From: the human T2T-CHM13v2.0 reference genome, Homo sapiens
Direction: 5' to 3' (one strand)
Assembly (NCBI RefSeq): GCF_009914755.1
Contig: NC_060934.1
DNA: 64,000 bases
Made by a program: the position numbers and the translations under genes
Notes under the pieces: model-generated
What the model was told of the DNA's origin: nothing
The model's input: the letters and a program-made list of their open reading frames with translations, nothing else
The model's database searches: none
In this document: positions 13,130 to 26,935 of the stretch, piece by piece
Position numbering within the stretch: position 1 is the stretch's first letter
How the letters are laid out: every line of letters starts with the position of its first letter

Positions 13130-13700
13130 CTTCATAAGATGTAGGAACTCACTCATTCTACAGCTAATTATAATGGCTGGCTCCATGATGGGGTCAAGAA
13201 ATAGACCCCTATGGACACCCACCGGAGCCCCTGGAATGTCCCTCCCTTGACATGGTCCCAAAGAAAATCCAAATGGCTGCTGAACATGTGAAAAGATGTT
13301 TGCTCATTGCAATCAGGAAAATGCAAAATACACCCCCACGAATGCCTTCCCAAGACCGCCAGGCTGGCAAGAACTGAAGAGCGGACAGCGGCTTGTGCTG
13401 GCAAGGACGGCGCAGCAGCTCTCCCTCGCGCCAGTGGGAGGACAAATGGAGCAGCCTCTTTGGAAAACAGCCCAGCATTCGCTGGTGAAGTAGAAGGCAC
13501 CAGTGCCCTGTGTCCCAGCAACTTCACTATGGTGTGGGCCCCAGAGACACGTGGCCGTGCGTGTGTGAGAACACTCTCAGCTGGAACCTACCAGAGCATC
13601 AGCAAGTGGGCCAGCAGGTCCTGGAGGAAGTGACCAGGTTGGATCCCAGTACAGGCAAAGAACCACCAGTACACGATAGACAGGGAGATGTTCTGTGGGG
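13130..13700 (+). mobile_element. Highly diverged L1M 3' fragment
   Basis: aagaaaatccaaatggctgctgaacatgtgaaaagatg...aatcaggaaaatgcaaaat...ctttggaaaacag pattern of L1 3' ends. Confidence 0.65.
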
Positions 13701-14549
13701 GTGATGCAAGGAGGGCTTCCTGGAGGTGTCCTGCCCGGGATTCCCATGAGATTTCAGTCACTGTGGATGGGGGTATGGGATCTGAGGCAGAACAGTGCAA
13801 TCCAGGCAGAACAGCGGCTGCAGAAGAGGCACACAGTCCAGGCGGCTGGAGTCGATGGATGGGCAATGCTGGCTGCCCCATGGGAATTCAGATGAGACGA
13901 AGAGGGTGCACCGGTTTGGGTGCCAGAGCAGGACGTGTCCCGGGTCCCTGAGAGGCAGGCAGCACTATCATCCCTCCCAGAGTTCAGCAACTGCCTCCCA
14001 GAACCTCCTGTGTGCCGGTGTCAGGCTGGGCTCAGAATCTGAGGCTGGACAGGATGCAGTTGCTCCCTGGAGGGGCACACAGCTGGGGGCTCCCAGTAAA
14101 GAAGAGGACGTCCCCGCTGCAGGGTCCATATGACATCTGTGCCAGGATGAGCTCAGAGCAGAAGGCACCTCGGGAGCAGAGGTGGTTTTGTGGTGGGGGC
14201 CTGGCAGTGTGAAGAGAGCTGTCAGGAGGCCTGGGGATTGGCAGCCAGTGCTCCCAGCTGTGATTGGAGTTTTGTATTAGTCCTGTTAGAATCCCACGGC
14301 TGAAAAAAATCAGTTGGTCATAAGACAGTGTATTTCAAATGCGCCACACGATCTAGGCGTCCCTGTGTAACCCTGGCTCGAAGTCTGCCTGGCAGTGTGG
14401 CGGGGGGTGTGGGAGCTTTCTGAATGCACAGGGCCCCTAATGGGGACCTGCCATGAGATAAGGGTCCTCGGTGGGAAGCGTGCCCTGCCCTCTGAGACCC
14501 AGGGACTGGCTGATGTGCTGCTGCCCTGGAGAGCAGCCCAGTCCCGGGG

Positions 14550-14777
14550 GTTCATGTCCACCTGCCTTCCCAAATCCCTCCTCCCACCTGGGATGGGGGT
14601 GGAGTTCGTGGCCACCTGCCTTCCCAAATCCCTCCTCCCACGTGGGATGGGGGTGGAGTTCATGTCCACCTGCCTTCCCAAATCCCTCCTCCCACGTGGG
14701 ATGGGGGTGGAGTTCATGTCCACCTGCCTTCCCGAATCCCTCCTCCCACCTGGGTTGGGGGTGGAGTTCGTGGCCAC
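14550..14777. repeat. 54-bp minisatellite, ~4.2 copies
   Basis: Unit gttc(a/g)tg.ccacctgccttcccaaatccctcctcccac.tgggatgggggtgga starts at 14550, 14604, 14658, 14712, 14766. Confidence 0.95.
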
Positions 14778-17009
14778 ACAATTGCAAAGTGGGGACCAGT
14801 CTTTCCTGTCCTGCAAGGAACAGGTCTTAGGTGGTCCCTGCTCTCAGACCTACCCCATGGCTCACCCAGGCACGCCCTGCTAGGGATGGTAAGGGGCAGG
14901 GTGGGTGGTCGGTGGGCTGGACTAGGTCATGAAGAACCCTCTGGGCCTGCTCAAGAGGCTGGGTCTGTGCCGGCAGACGGAGTCACTGAAAGCTGGCCAG
15001 CCACAACAAGGTCAGACTGTATTGGCAGGGGCAGGAGAGGCTGAAGTGTGGAAAGTCACGAGGCCCCAGCCTGCCGTGGGGCCCTCGTGGGTGCTGGGCA
15101 GACAGGTGCGCAGGAGGCGGCGCTGGGCAGACAGACAGGCGTCGGCCAGCTGAGGCCGGCGTTGCTATTCACAGCACGTCACCTCCTTCCCAAGTGTCTG
15201 CCACAGCCCATTAAACTCCTGTCGAGGCCACCTCGGCAGCCCCGCAGCCCGGCTGGGCGTATTTTACTTGAGCACGAAGCTTCCTGGCCCAGCTGTGGAC
15301 TTGAACCTACCTGGTAGCAAGGCTGAGAGCCCCGGGGTCTCCAAGGGCCCCTTCTGGAGGTGACTACAGGACGCCCACAGCTCAGGACTACAGGACGCCC
15401 AGATAGCTCCCGACCTTGAGGGTGGTCGTGGGGTTGTCTGCTGGGATGTGGCGGGGGGAGCCCAAGGACGTGGGATCCCCAGGCTGCTGAGTGCTGCCTG
15501 TGTCTCTCCCAGTCCTCTCGTCCTGTCCTGGCCTCTTAGGCCTGTCTGACCCCCCCTTGCTCACCCAGCCAGTGTGGATTCGGGCAAGGAGGGCTAATTC
15601 CTCTCACCTGTGCCAGAGCAGGGTGGAGGCTGCAGGTCCCAGAGGGCAGGTGACCCGGGGCCCAGAGTTCAGGCCTGGGAGCCCTCAGCACATGACAAGA
15701 CCCCCTGGGTGGCCGGGCTCAGGACCCTGTGTGAGCGGAAGCCCACCCTCTGGAAAGCCCCAGAGAGGCTGAGACCATCCTATCCCTGAGGGGAGGCTTC
15801 AGCCACAGACCCCATGGAATTCACCGCTAAAGTCATCCAGAGAATCTCCGACGGAATTCAGACACGCCCACCTCTCATGGGTGCTGGGGCTCCAGGTGTC
15901 CGGCTTCCCTGAGGGGAGGAGGGGGCTGCCCATCACCAGGCATCTCCCCTCCAGGTCTGAGCAGGAGGGCGTGCTGTGTGCGAGTGGTGGCCCTGCTGGC
16001 ACGGCTGACCTGGGCTCCCTTCCCGGGTCCACGTGTCTCGACACCATTCTGTGGGCTGGCGGCAGGCGCCTGACCTGTGAGTGACAGCCAGAGGCACCCC
16101 AGGGCCCCGCAGGGGGACGGGGACCGGCTGAGACGCGCCTCATGCTGACTCCCTTCCTCCTAAGCAGCACAACCTACGGGGTCCTCAGACTGACTTACCG
16201 CTTGGTGCACGTCTGTGCCCGTGTTTGCAGGCACGTGTGCGTGGGCATGTTGCGCTGTGTGCATGTGTGTGCCAGTGCACGGGAGTGTGTACATATGTGT
16301 GCGCCTGCGTGTGCAGGTGCATGGGTGTGTGCATGTGTTTGTGTGTACGCAGTGCCCAGGTACCTCTTTAACCAGCCTCACAGGCGTCGCTGGGAGCTTC
16401 GGGCTCTCTGGAGTCCTGAGGAGTCCTGGGCGGTGCTAAGAGGGCGGCAGGCTTGAGCCCAAATCAAACACCTTTGATCGATCACGGGCCACAGGAATGG
16501 GGCAGGGAGATTCCCGCCATAGAAAGAGCTGGAAGGGCCTGGGAAATGATGTCATCAAGCCCCTCCCTGGACCGCAAGAAGGAGATGGACGGGATGTGCC
16601 AGGACCCCACGAACAGACGCAGAGCCAGCCCCATGGCCAGGCCCCACCGGGCGCCCATGCCCTGATCCCGTCGTTTGTTGGCCTCCTGCTTTGGTTTGAG
16701 CCCTTCATCCCTTTCCTGTGCCTGGGGGGCCTCTTGCAGTGCCAGCCGCTGGGGCAGGGTAGGGGGACCGGAGGCAGGAGGTGCCTCTCAGGACATCAGC
16801 CCAGTGGCTCCAGTACAGCCAGAGCCGCCCTGTGCACTGGGGGAGGGGGGGCCAGCGATGGGGGAGAAGGGGCCTCTGCCTCCTCCTCACGGGCCCCACC
16901 CATAGTGTCCAGGCTGCAGCCCCCGGCCACCCCCTCCTACCTGCACATGGGGTGCCCCGGCCGGGGAGCAGCACACCCAAGAGGGCCTTCAGCTCCATAC
17001 TCGGGTGCG

Positions 17010-17400
17010 TGCGAGTGTGGATTGTGCAGCCTTGTGTGTTCCTGTGAGGGTGTGTGCACCAAGTGTGGGAATGGGTGTGTGCGGGTGTGCATGTCTGTGC
17101 GTGCATATGGTCAGTGTTAGGCATGTGTGCGGTGGCATGTAGTATGTGTGTGAGTGTGAGGTGTGTGTGTGTATGAGGATGTCTGTTCTCATTGCATGAG
17201 TGTGTGTGTGTGAAGCGGATGGAACTGTGAGTGTGCACACACCTTGCACCAGCGTCCGAGTGTTACTGTGTGAGCGTGCCCTGTGTTGGCGTGTGTCCAT
17301 GTGGGATGCATGTATGGGGATGCGTGTGTCTGTGTGAGGGTGAGCACGTGTGCTAGGTGGGTATGTTTGTGCATGTGCATGGGGGGGGTGTGGGTGTTGG
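17010..17400. repeat. TG-rich low-complexity tract (smaller one at 16210-16350)
   Basis: Direct inspection. Confidence 0.8.
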
Positions 17401-18012
17401 TGGCAACCATCGTGATCACAGCTGAGCCCTCGCGGAGTCCAGGAGCCCACTCGGATTTGGAGGTGAGCCCACATGGGGGCGGCCGAGCCACATGGAGGGA
17501 ACCGCCGTGACTGTGTCCTCCGTGTGAATTGCCTGGAACAAATGTTGGCAGCGCGTGTGGTTGTAAGTCATGTGAGTGTCAGGATCACGCCCCGTTAGCT
17601 CTGCACGAGTCCACAGTTGGGGATGTCCACTCCGTCGCCTCGCTCATCTGTTGGCAGCCTCCACAGGCCAGTCCAGCCGTGAGCCTGCGGGGTCGGGGTG
17701 CTCCACGGAGCAGGTGACCCAGCAGCTCTGGCCGAGCCTCCGGGAGGAAGGCCCCGTGCCCAGGCTCCAGGAGCCGACACCTGCTCTGGGCAGCACGCCG
17801 ACGGTGCCACCAAATGTTCCGTGGCTCTGACGTCCAGGGAACAGCAGGACGACTCTTGAAACAAAATGAGACGTGGTCTAAAGCCCTTTCCCTGACCCAC
17901 GCGTTGAAACGCTGCCACGAGTCGTCCGTTTCCCCAGGGAATCGTCTCGGTGGGGGTGCCGGGGCCTGGCTGGGGGTCCTGCCGGGCTCACGGCCAGGGC
18001 CGGTCTTGGCAG

Positions 18013-18211
18013 GAGAACGTGTCTCTGGCTGACATCCTCTCCCTGCGGGACCGCGGCCTCAGCGAGCAGGAAGCCTGGGCCGTGTGCCTGGAGTGCAGCC
18101 TGTCCATGCGGAGCGTGGCCCACGCCGCCATCTTCCAGAGCCTGTGCATCACGCCCGACACCCTGGCCTTCAACACCAGCGGGAACGTGTGTTTCATGGA
18201 GCAGCTCAGCG
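18013..18211 (+). CDS. KNDC1: KNDC1 exon 2 (KIND1 start, ENVSLADILSLRDRGLSEQEAWAVC...)
   Basis: ggcag|GAG acceptor; G|gtgagg donor; 199 nt, phase 0-1. Confidence 0.95.
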
Positions 18212-18885
18212 GTGAGGCGGCGGTGGCGGTGGCGGCGGCGGCGGGCACGCGGGGTGGAGGTGCCTTTCAGGGGGGATGTGAGCACTGGCTCTGCCGGAGC
18301 AGATGCTGGGAGCATGCCCGGACCCGGGTTTCCTGTGGAGACCTTCTCTTCCTTGGGAGGGACTCAGGCTGGAGAGTGGCCGAGGGTCCGTGGGGGTGCC
18401 TGCTGTGCCACGGCAGTCACGCCTACCCTCAGACACCAGAGGGACACTCGGCCCGCCCTGAGCCCCCTCCGCTCAGGACTTCCCCTAAGGGCAGGCTATG
18501 CCCCTCTTCTGTCTCCCCTGAGCCAGTCCCGCCTGCCCTGCTGTGAGTGGACGCAGGCCCGGGAGGGTGGGACGCCCCTGCCTCCGTGGGTCAGCTGCTC
18601 CCACTGCGTGGCCCCTGCCCGGGAGCTGATTTTCCCTGGTGAATGTCTTCAGCTTCCTTCTTGGGAAAGTGGTAGAACCCTTCCCTCTTCCACTTTGGAA
18701 CCCATTTCCCATCATAACCGTTAAGGAGCTGATTTCCCTTTTTCATGGCCTAAAATGGTCTGGGGACACCAGGTCTGCGGGGAGGGAACCTGGGGCCGCT
18801 CCCTCTCCAGGCCCTTCTCAGCTGGCGGGTTCAGGTTTGCAGGTGTGACCAGAAGCCTTCTCTCCTTCTCTCTCTCCTCCCCAAG

Positions 18886-18944
18886 ACGACCCTGAGGGTG
18901 CCTTCGTTCCCCCCGAGTTCGACGTGACCGGGAACACCTTTGAG
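18886..18944 (+). CDS. KNDC1: KNDC1 exon 3 (DDPEGAFVPPEFDVTGNTFE)
   Basis: Long polypyrimidine tract + aag acceptor; GAG|gtaagt donor; 59 nt restores phase 0. Confidence 0.93.
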
Positions 18945-19782
18945 GTAAGTGCAGGTGGGGGTAATGTGCCACACCCCCCTTTTACCTCTATGGTGGCCTC
19001 TGCCATTAACTCAGAAATGCACCTGCCTTGGGGCGACCTCTGCAAGTGGCCTCTGGCCGGGAGCGGAGCCGCTGCTGCCCGGTTCACTGGGCTATAGGGA
19101 CGGCCTCTGGGGCACACCCGGCTTCGTCCCCTGCAGCGTTCTCTGTGGGCAGCTCGGACTGTGGGTTCTGTGGGCAGCTCGGACTGTGGGTTCTCTGTGG
19201 GCAGCTCAGACTGTGGGCAGAGGCTTTGGCTACGTTTGTCATCATTACCATTTTATAGCAGGTTTTCTGGAATGCGAATTTACTACACTTAACATGTTAA
19301 AAGTGACCAAAATGACCAGTGATGATCGGCAGGGAATCACAGCTCCTCTGAGGGAGTTAGCAGCCGGGCCACTCACAGCCTCTCCAGACACAAGGCCTCC
19401 AGGCACAGCTCCTGGGTATGGGCGTGGGCATGGGCCACCCTGGGGGCCTCACCGGCAGAGTCATAGATGCTGCTGCTCCCAGAGCAGACTCCAGTGCAGC
19501 CCCTTGGGGACCCTTTGCGTGGGAGGAGTCGGGCAACGGCAGCCCAGCGCCTTGAGGTCAGCACCTGTGTGGCCGGCTGGAGAGGGGCGGAATCACCCCG
19601 GGGCCTTCAGAGTCGATCAGTCCATCAGGCTGGGCTCTGTCCCCGGGCAGGGAGTGGCCCATTGGTGGTTCCTACTGTCACGAAGCCCATGGGCAGAGAA
19701 AGTAAAGCAATCCTTAACAAATAAGTAACTAGGAACTCAAAGATCTTCCCAATAAAAGCCCATCAGCTATGTCATGACCTTA

Positions 19783-20735
<953 letters not shown>

Positions 20736-21189
20736 TTATCCCGTCGGGTGAAACGCTACATTTAAATCCCCGCTTGTGAGGGGACTGAGGGGTGCGCAGG
20801 TGTTTCCTGGTGTGTACACCAAGAACACATCTTGGCGAGGTTTCTCTAGGGTGCATGCCCAGGAGGAAGTGTGGCTCGTGGGGCAGGTGGACGTACATCT
20901 GTTCCTGGAACTCCCCCAACTGCAGGCCCGAGAACACGGTGTGAGGATCGCTGGCTCCTGCAGGACGTGGACGTGGCAGGGGCCTGGGATCTGGGGTCTG
21001 GCCTGGGGTCTGGGGTCTGGCCTGGGGTCTGGCTCCTGCAGGACACAGGCGTGGCAGGGGCCTGGGGTCTCACACACAGGACAGCACCGCGCTGCATCTC
21101 CTTCCTGCGTCATAGGGGATGTGGGTGAGGAGTGCCTCTCCAGTGAAGCTTTATAACCCTAAAAAGTATTGTCTGCCCCTAAGAGCGTT

Positions 21190-21608
21190 TGCTTATGTGC
21201 GTTCTGTCTCTTCATGTTTATGATGATATAAATTAAAACCAAGACATTTTAAGTTATCTATTAATTCATTTAAAAATCACAATACCCATTGCATGTTAAC
21301 ATACATAACATTTTTATGAAGAATATTTTTCTTTCCAAAATTAGTGAGAAGAGTGGCATTGGGTTGCATATTTGTAAATCTTTCACGTCTGGGTTGTGGA
21401 AAACGCCTGGATTTTCATGGCAGCTTCTGCATTCAGTCGGCTGTGATATCACATCACGTGGCCCCAGCCCCAACCCCAAGCCCAACCCCAGCCCTAACCC
21501 TAACTCCACTGTCCGCTCATGAGGGAATGGGATGACCAAGGCAAATGCCGTCTCGGCATCATTACAGGAAGAGTTTAACCTCTTGAGCCACACTCAGAGA
21601 AAAGCTGG
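21190..21608. mobile_element. hAT-Charlie DNA transposon fossil (Charlie1-like)
   Basis: aattagtgagaagagtggcatt...gcttctgcattca...ccacactcagagaaaagctg resembles the Charlie1 terminal region (from memory). Confidence 0.7.
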
Positions 21609-21885
21609 CTGACGGTGTCCTCTGCTGAAAAGTAGTTGCTCGATTTTAATATAATCAAATGTTTTAATGCTTCTTCTACTGTTAGGGTCTAACCTTCACA
21701 AGAAACCTTTCCCATTTCAAGGTTGAGCCGATAGTCACTGATATTTTCTACGAAGAGTTTTAAGTTTTGTTTCACATTTGATCCACCTGAAGTTACTTTA
21801 ACGTTGTAAAGTTTTGCTGTAGGTGTCTTAGATATAGTTTATTAGATTTTCCTCAGGAATGTGATGTTTTTTGATTCTATTCTAA

Positions 21886-22203
<318 letters not shown>

Positions 22204-22272
22204 AATTGTATTGTCCTCTTTTTAATTACATTTTTCTGTTTGTTTGTTGCTAGTCTACAGAAATGCAATGCA

Positions 22273-22547
22273 CTTTTTTTTCTTTCGAGACAGGGTGCAG
22301 CACAGTGGCATAGCTCACTGCAGCCCCAAATTTCTGAGTTCAAGCAATCCTCCCACGTCAGCTTCCTAAGTAGCTGAGACTGTAGGCACACGCCACCACA
22401 CCCAGCTAATGTTTTTATTTTTATTTTTGTAGAGGCAGGGTATTGTTAGGTTGCCCAGGCTGGTCTTGAACTCCTGGGCTCAAGTGATTTTCTTACCTTG
22501 GCCTCCCAAAGTGCTGGGATTACAGGCATGAGCCACTGTGTCTGGCC
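22273..22547 (-). mobile_element. Alu (AluJ-like), antisense, small internal deletion
   Basis: Reverse Alu dimer ending gagccactgtgtctggcc. Confidence 0.9.
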
Positions 22548-23343
22548 ACAATTCACTTTAGTATCTTTATTTTATATCCAGCCATCTTGCTAAAGTTTTT
22601 TTAATATTTCTAATAACTTACAGATTCTTTTAGTTTTCCTATTTAACTGATCAATCACTGACAAAGAAACAAGTGTTGGTTCCTCCCATCCGATGGTCCT
22701 GCTACAGGTTTTCCTTCCTTCTCTTACTTGATGCAGCAGGGAACAGCAATGAGTCTTGGAACAGAAGCAGTGTGAGGCTGGGCATTGTCCCATCTCAGGG
22801 AGAAACTGACCACTCCCCCCATCCCCCATTCTAAAAAGAGCGCTTTTCACCTTCCTCATCCAGAATGGCGCCCGCCTCCACCGCGAGTCCCCCTTGATGC
22901 AGAGTTTGATCGTGAATGTGTGTGTCAATTTTACAAGATGTTTCTTCTGCATCCTTTGACATGATCCTTTAATTTTTTCTTAAGATTTTCATATTCACAT
23001 CTTTATTTTCTTATATTAAATCATCCTTTCTTACATAGAAAAACCTAAATTGGGCAAGTGTCTTGCCTTTTGTATACACTGTTTAATTGGATTTACTAAC
23101 GCTTGCTTCAGATTGTTGCGCATATTGGAGTGGACTGGCGATTTCCCATTTTGTTGATGTTTTCACCGGCCTCAGGATTGTTCTAATCCTGTATAAGCAG
23201 CACCCCCTCCCTTTCTTTGTCCTGTTTATTTAAGAATGGGATGATCTGTTCCTTGAAAGTCTGGTAAAACTCACTTACAGGGCCACCTGTTTTCTTTAGG
23301 AAAGATTTTTAACTACTGCTCAGTTTTTAATAGCTACAGGACT

Positions 23344-23643
23344 GGCTGGGCACAGTGGCTCACCCCTATAATCCCAGCACAGGGAGATTTGGGGAGGCCG
23401 AGTCAGGAGGATCACTTGAAGACCAGAGTTAGAGACCAGCCTAGGCAACAAACTGAGACCCTGTCTCTACACAACATTTTAAAAATTAGCCGGGCATGGT
23501 GGCATGTACCTGTAGCCCCAGCCGCTCAGGAGGCTGAGGCGGGAGGACTGCGTGGGCCCAGGAGTTCCAGGCTGCAGTGAGCCATGATTACCCCACTGCA
23601 CTCCAGCCTGAGCAGCAGAGTGAGACGCCACTTCTTAAAAAAA
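23344..23643 (+). mobile_element. Alu (AluJ-like) with TSD
   Basis: Flanked by AATAGCTACAGGACT / AATAGTTATAGGACT. Confidence 0.92.
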
Positions 23644-24926
23644 TAGTTATAGGACTGATCTCTGGTGTTTCTTACTGAGTCAGCTGTGGGTCTGCTTTTT
23701 ATGTTTGTGAAATCTCTGGCCTTCAGCTGCAGGTGCTCTCCTCTTCAGGCGCTGCATTAGCTGCAGGTCACCCCAATTCTCTGATTGGACAGTTAATTTG
23801 TGCTTTCTCTTCCCAGTCTCACTAGGGGTTTAGTTCGTTCATTTTTCCAAAGAGCCTCCTCTGTGTCCCGTCTGCTCTCCTGGCCTGTCTGTGTTTTCTT
23901 TTCCATTGATTCTTGTTTCTCATTCTCTCTTTTCCTCCTTGTTCTGAGTTTAGGATCCATCCCTTTTCTGACTCGAGCTGGACACTTAGGTCATTGGCTT
24001 TCAGCTTTTCTTCCTTTCCAATATCAGTAAGAGTACTTAAGGCTATGAATGTTCCTCAACCTGTAGGTTTTGTTGCAGCCTATGAGTTTGCCACATAATG
24101 TTTGCATGATCATTTCCTTCTAATTTTTTTTTTATTTCCACTGGGATTTCTTCTTTAGCCCCTGAGTTATTTTAACAATGTGAACAGATTGGTTTTTTCT
24201 TACTTTTTATTGAGATATACATGCAGAAAAATGCAGATATCACAAACATACAACTTGAAGGATTTTCACACCAAACATCTGTGTAAGCAGCACCCAGATG
24301 GATGGCAGCAGCTCCTGCCTGTTCCCCGGGTCACTGTCTGGACAGCGCAGAGCAGAGGTTGCGGTTTTCCTGTTTTTGTGCCTCCTGTGGGTGGGCTCCT
24401 GCAGCGCTTGCCTTTGGTGGCTAGTCCTCCACCCAGCATCACGGGTGTGAGATTTATTCCGTGTGGCCATGGAAAGCATTTATTCCCAACAGTCGTCTCT
24501 AAACTTCCAAACACACTAGGGCTTTTATGTGTCATTTTCATTCTCTTCTTAACTTCTCCAGCCTCCACCCCATGAGGCTCCCCTCTCCACCCCGCTGCCC
24601 TGAGCACCAATGGGCTCCAGTGGCCCGGCCTGGAAGACTCCGACCCCTCCCCCATCGCTGGCCTGTTTGCTTGGCATTCATCCACGACATGCAGGCTTAG
24701 CAAGCGTCTGGGCTCACAGACAGCAGGGTGAGTGGGGTCCTGCCTCTTGCTGGTTCTGGTCTACACAAGTGACAGACTTGATGTGAGACCCACAGGCTGG
24801 GGATCCAATAATGCTGGGACATGAGAATGGGGCCCCAAGGCTCTTGTTTGCATCAGAGGCCTCCAGAGGCCACTGTGAGAAGGTGGAGTTTCAACTGGGA
24901 CCTGAGGTTGAGTAGGGTTCACTGAA

Positions 24927-25077
24927 TGAAGATGGGGAACTTGCAACACGGAAGGAAGGGCGGTGAAGATGGGGAACTTCCAACACGGAAGGAAGGGCGG
25001 TGAAGATGGGGAACTTCCAACACGGAAGGAAGGGCGGTGAAGATGGGGAACTTCCAACACGGAAGGAAGGGCGGTGA
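24927..25077. repeat. 37-bp minisatellite, 4 copies (TGAAGATGGGGAACTTCCAACACGGAAGGAAGGGCGG)
   Basis: Units start at 24927, 24964, 25001, 25038. Confidence 0.96.
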
Positions 25078-25164
25078 GTGGGAAGGTTGCTGATACCACC
25101 GGGTGTGTATCAGGCAGTGTCAACCAATAACTAACCAGAAGGTTATTTGCTGAGTTATTTTCTA

Positions 25165-26935
25165 AATAAATGGATTGATGGTTGGAGGATAGATTATTGA
25201 TGATGGATTAATGGAGGGATGGATGAGTGGATGGCCAGGTGGATGGATAGGTGGATAGGTGGGTGGATGGGCAGGTGGATGGGTGAATGGACAGATGATG
25301 GTGGATATGTGGATGGATGGGTGGGTAGATAGGTGGATGGACAGATAGATGGTTAATATGTGGATGGATGGGTGGATGGATGATGGGTGGATGAACAAGT
25401 AGATGGTGGGTATGTGGATGGACGAATGGGTGGATGGGTGGATGGTGAATATGTGGATGGATGCGTGGATGAACAGATGGATGGTTAGGTGGATGCATGG
25501 GTGGATGGATAGATGGATGGTTAATATGTGAATGGATAGGTGGATGTGTGGATGGGTGGGTGGATGGGATTATGAACAGGTAGGTGGTGGATATGTGGAT
25601 GGATGAGTGGGTGGATGGGTGGATGGTGGATATGTGAATGGATGGGTGGGTGGAAAGATGGGTGGAAAGGTAGATATGTGGATGGATGGGTAAATGGATG
25701 GGTGGGTGGATGGGTGGATGGATAGATGGATGGTGGATATGTGGATGGATGGGTGGATGGATGGTGGGTGGATGGGTGGATGAAAAGGTAGATGGTGGAT
25801 ATGTGGATGGATGAGTGGGTGGATGGGTGGATGGTGGATATGTGGATGGATGGGTGGATGAACAAATGGATGGATGGGTGGGTGGATAGATGGGTGGATG
25901 GTGGATATGTGGATGGATGGGTGGCTGGATGGGTGGGTGGGTGAATAGGTAGATGGACATGTGGTTGGATAAGTGGATGGATGGGTGGGTGGGTGGTTGT
26001 ATGTGTGGAGGATGGATGGGTGGATGAATGGATGAGTGGATGGATGGGTGGGTGGATGGTAGATGAACAGGTGGATGGGTGGATAAGTAGATAGATGGGT
26101 AGATGAACAGGCACATGGATGGGTGGGTGGATGGTTGGGTGGAGGATAGATGAGTAGATGCATGGGTGAGTAAATGGATGGGTGGATGGATGGATGGATG
26201 GATGGATGGGTGGATGAACAGGCAGATGGATTGATGAGTGTATGAATTGATGGGTGGATAGATGGGTGGAGGATGGGTAGGTGGGTGGATGGGTGGATGA
26301 ACAGTCGGATAGGGATGGATGTGTGGATGGATGGGTGAATGGACGGATGAGTGTATGGATTAGTAGAGGATGGACGGGTGGAGGATGGGCTGATGGATGG
26401 GTAGGTAGATGGGTGAATATGTAGATGGCTGGCTGGGTGGATGGGTGAGTGGACGTGTGGATGGGCAGTTAAGTGGATGGATGGGTGGGTGAATGGATGG
26501 GTGGATGGATGGATGGATGGGTGGGTGAATGCATGGATGGATGGGTGGGTGAATGGATGGGTGGATGGATGGATGGATGGGTGGGTGAATGCATGGATGG
26601 ATGGGTGGGTGAATGGATGGGTGGATGGATGGATGGATGAATGGATAGATAGATGGGTGGGTGAGTGGATGGGTGGATGGATGGATGGGTGGATGGGTAG
26701 ATACATGGATTGATAGGTGTATGAACAGGCAGATGTATGGGTGGATTTGTGGATGGATCATGGGTGGGTGGATTGATGGAGGATAGATGGGTGGGTGGAT
26801 GTGTGGAGGATGGGTTGATAGATGGGTGGATATGTAGTTAGATGGGTGGATGGATACATAGGCGGATGGATGGATGGTGGATGGGGGATGGGCAGATGGA
26901 TGGATAAGTGGATGGATGGGTGGACGGATGGGTTC
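25165..26935. repeat. (GGAT/GGGT)n degenerate tetranucleotide array, ~1.8 kb
   Basis: Direct inspection; near-perfect 60-bp higher-order repeat at ~26475-26640. Confidence 0.96.

Noticed and set aside
18010-18015. CAGGAG tandem (NAGNAG) acceptors at exons 2 and 18
   Set aside because: A distal GAG is rarely used when the proximal site is CAG; the effect would be one Glu; no evidence from sequence.
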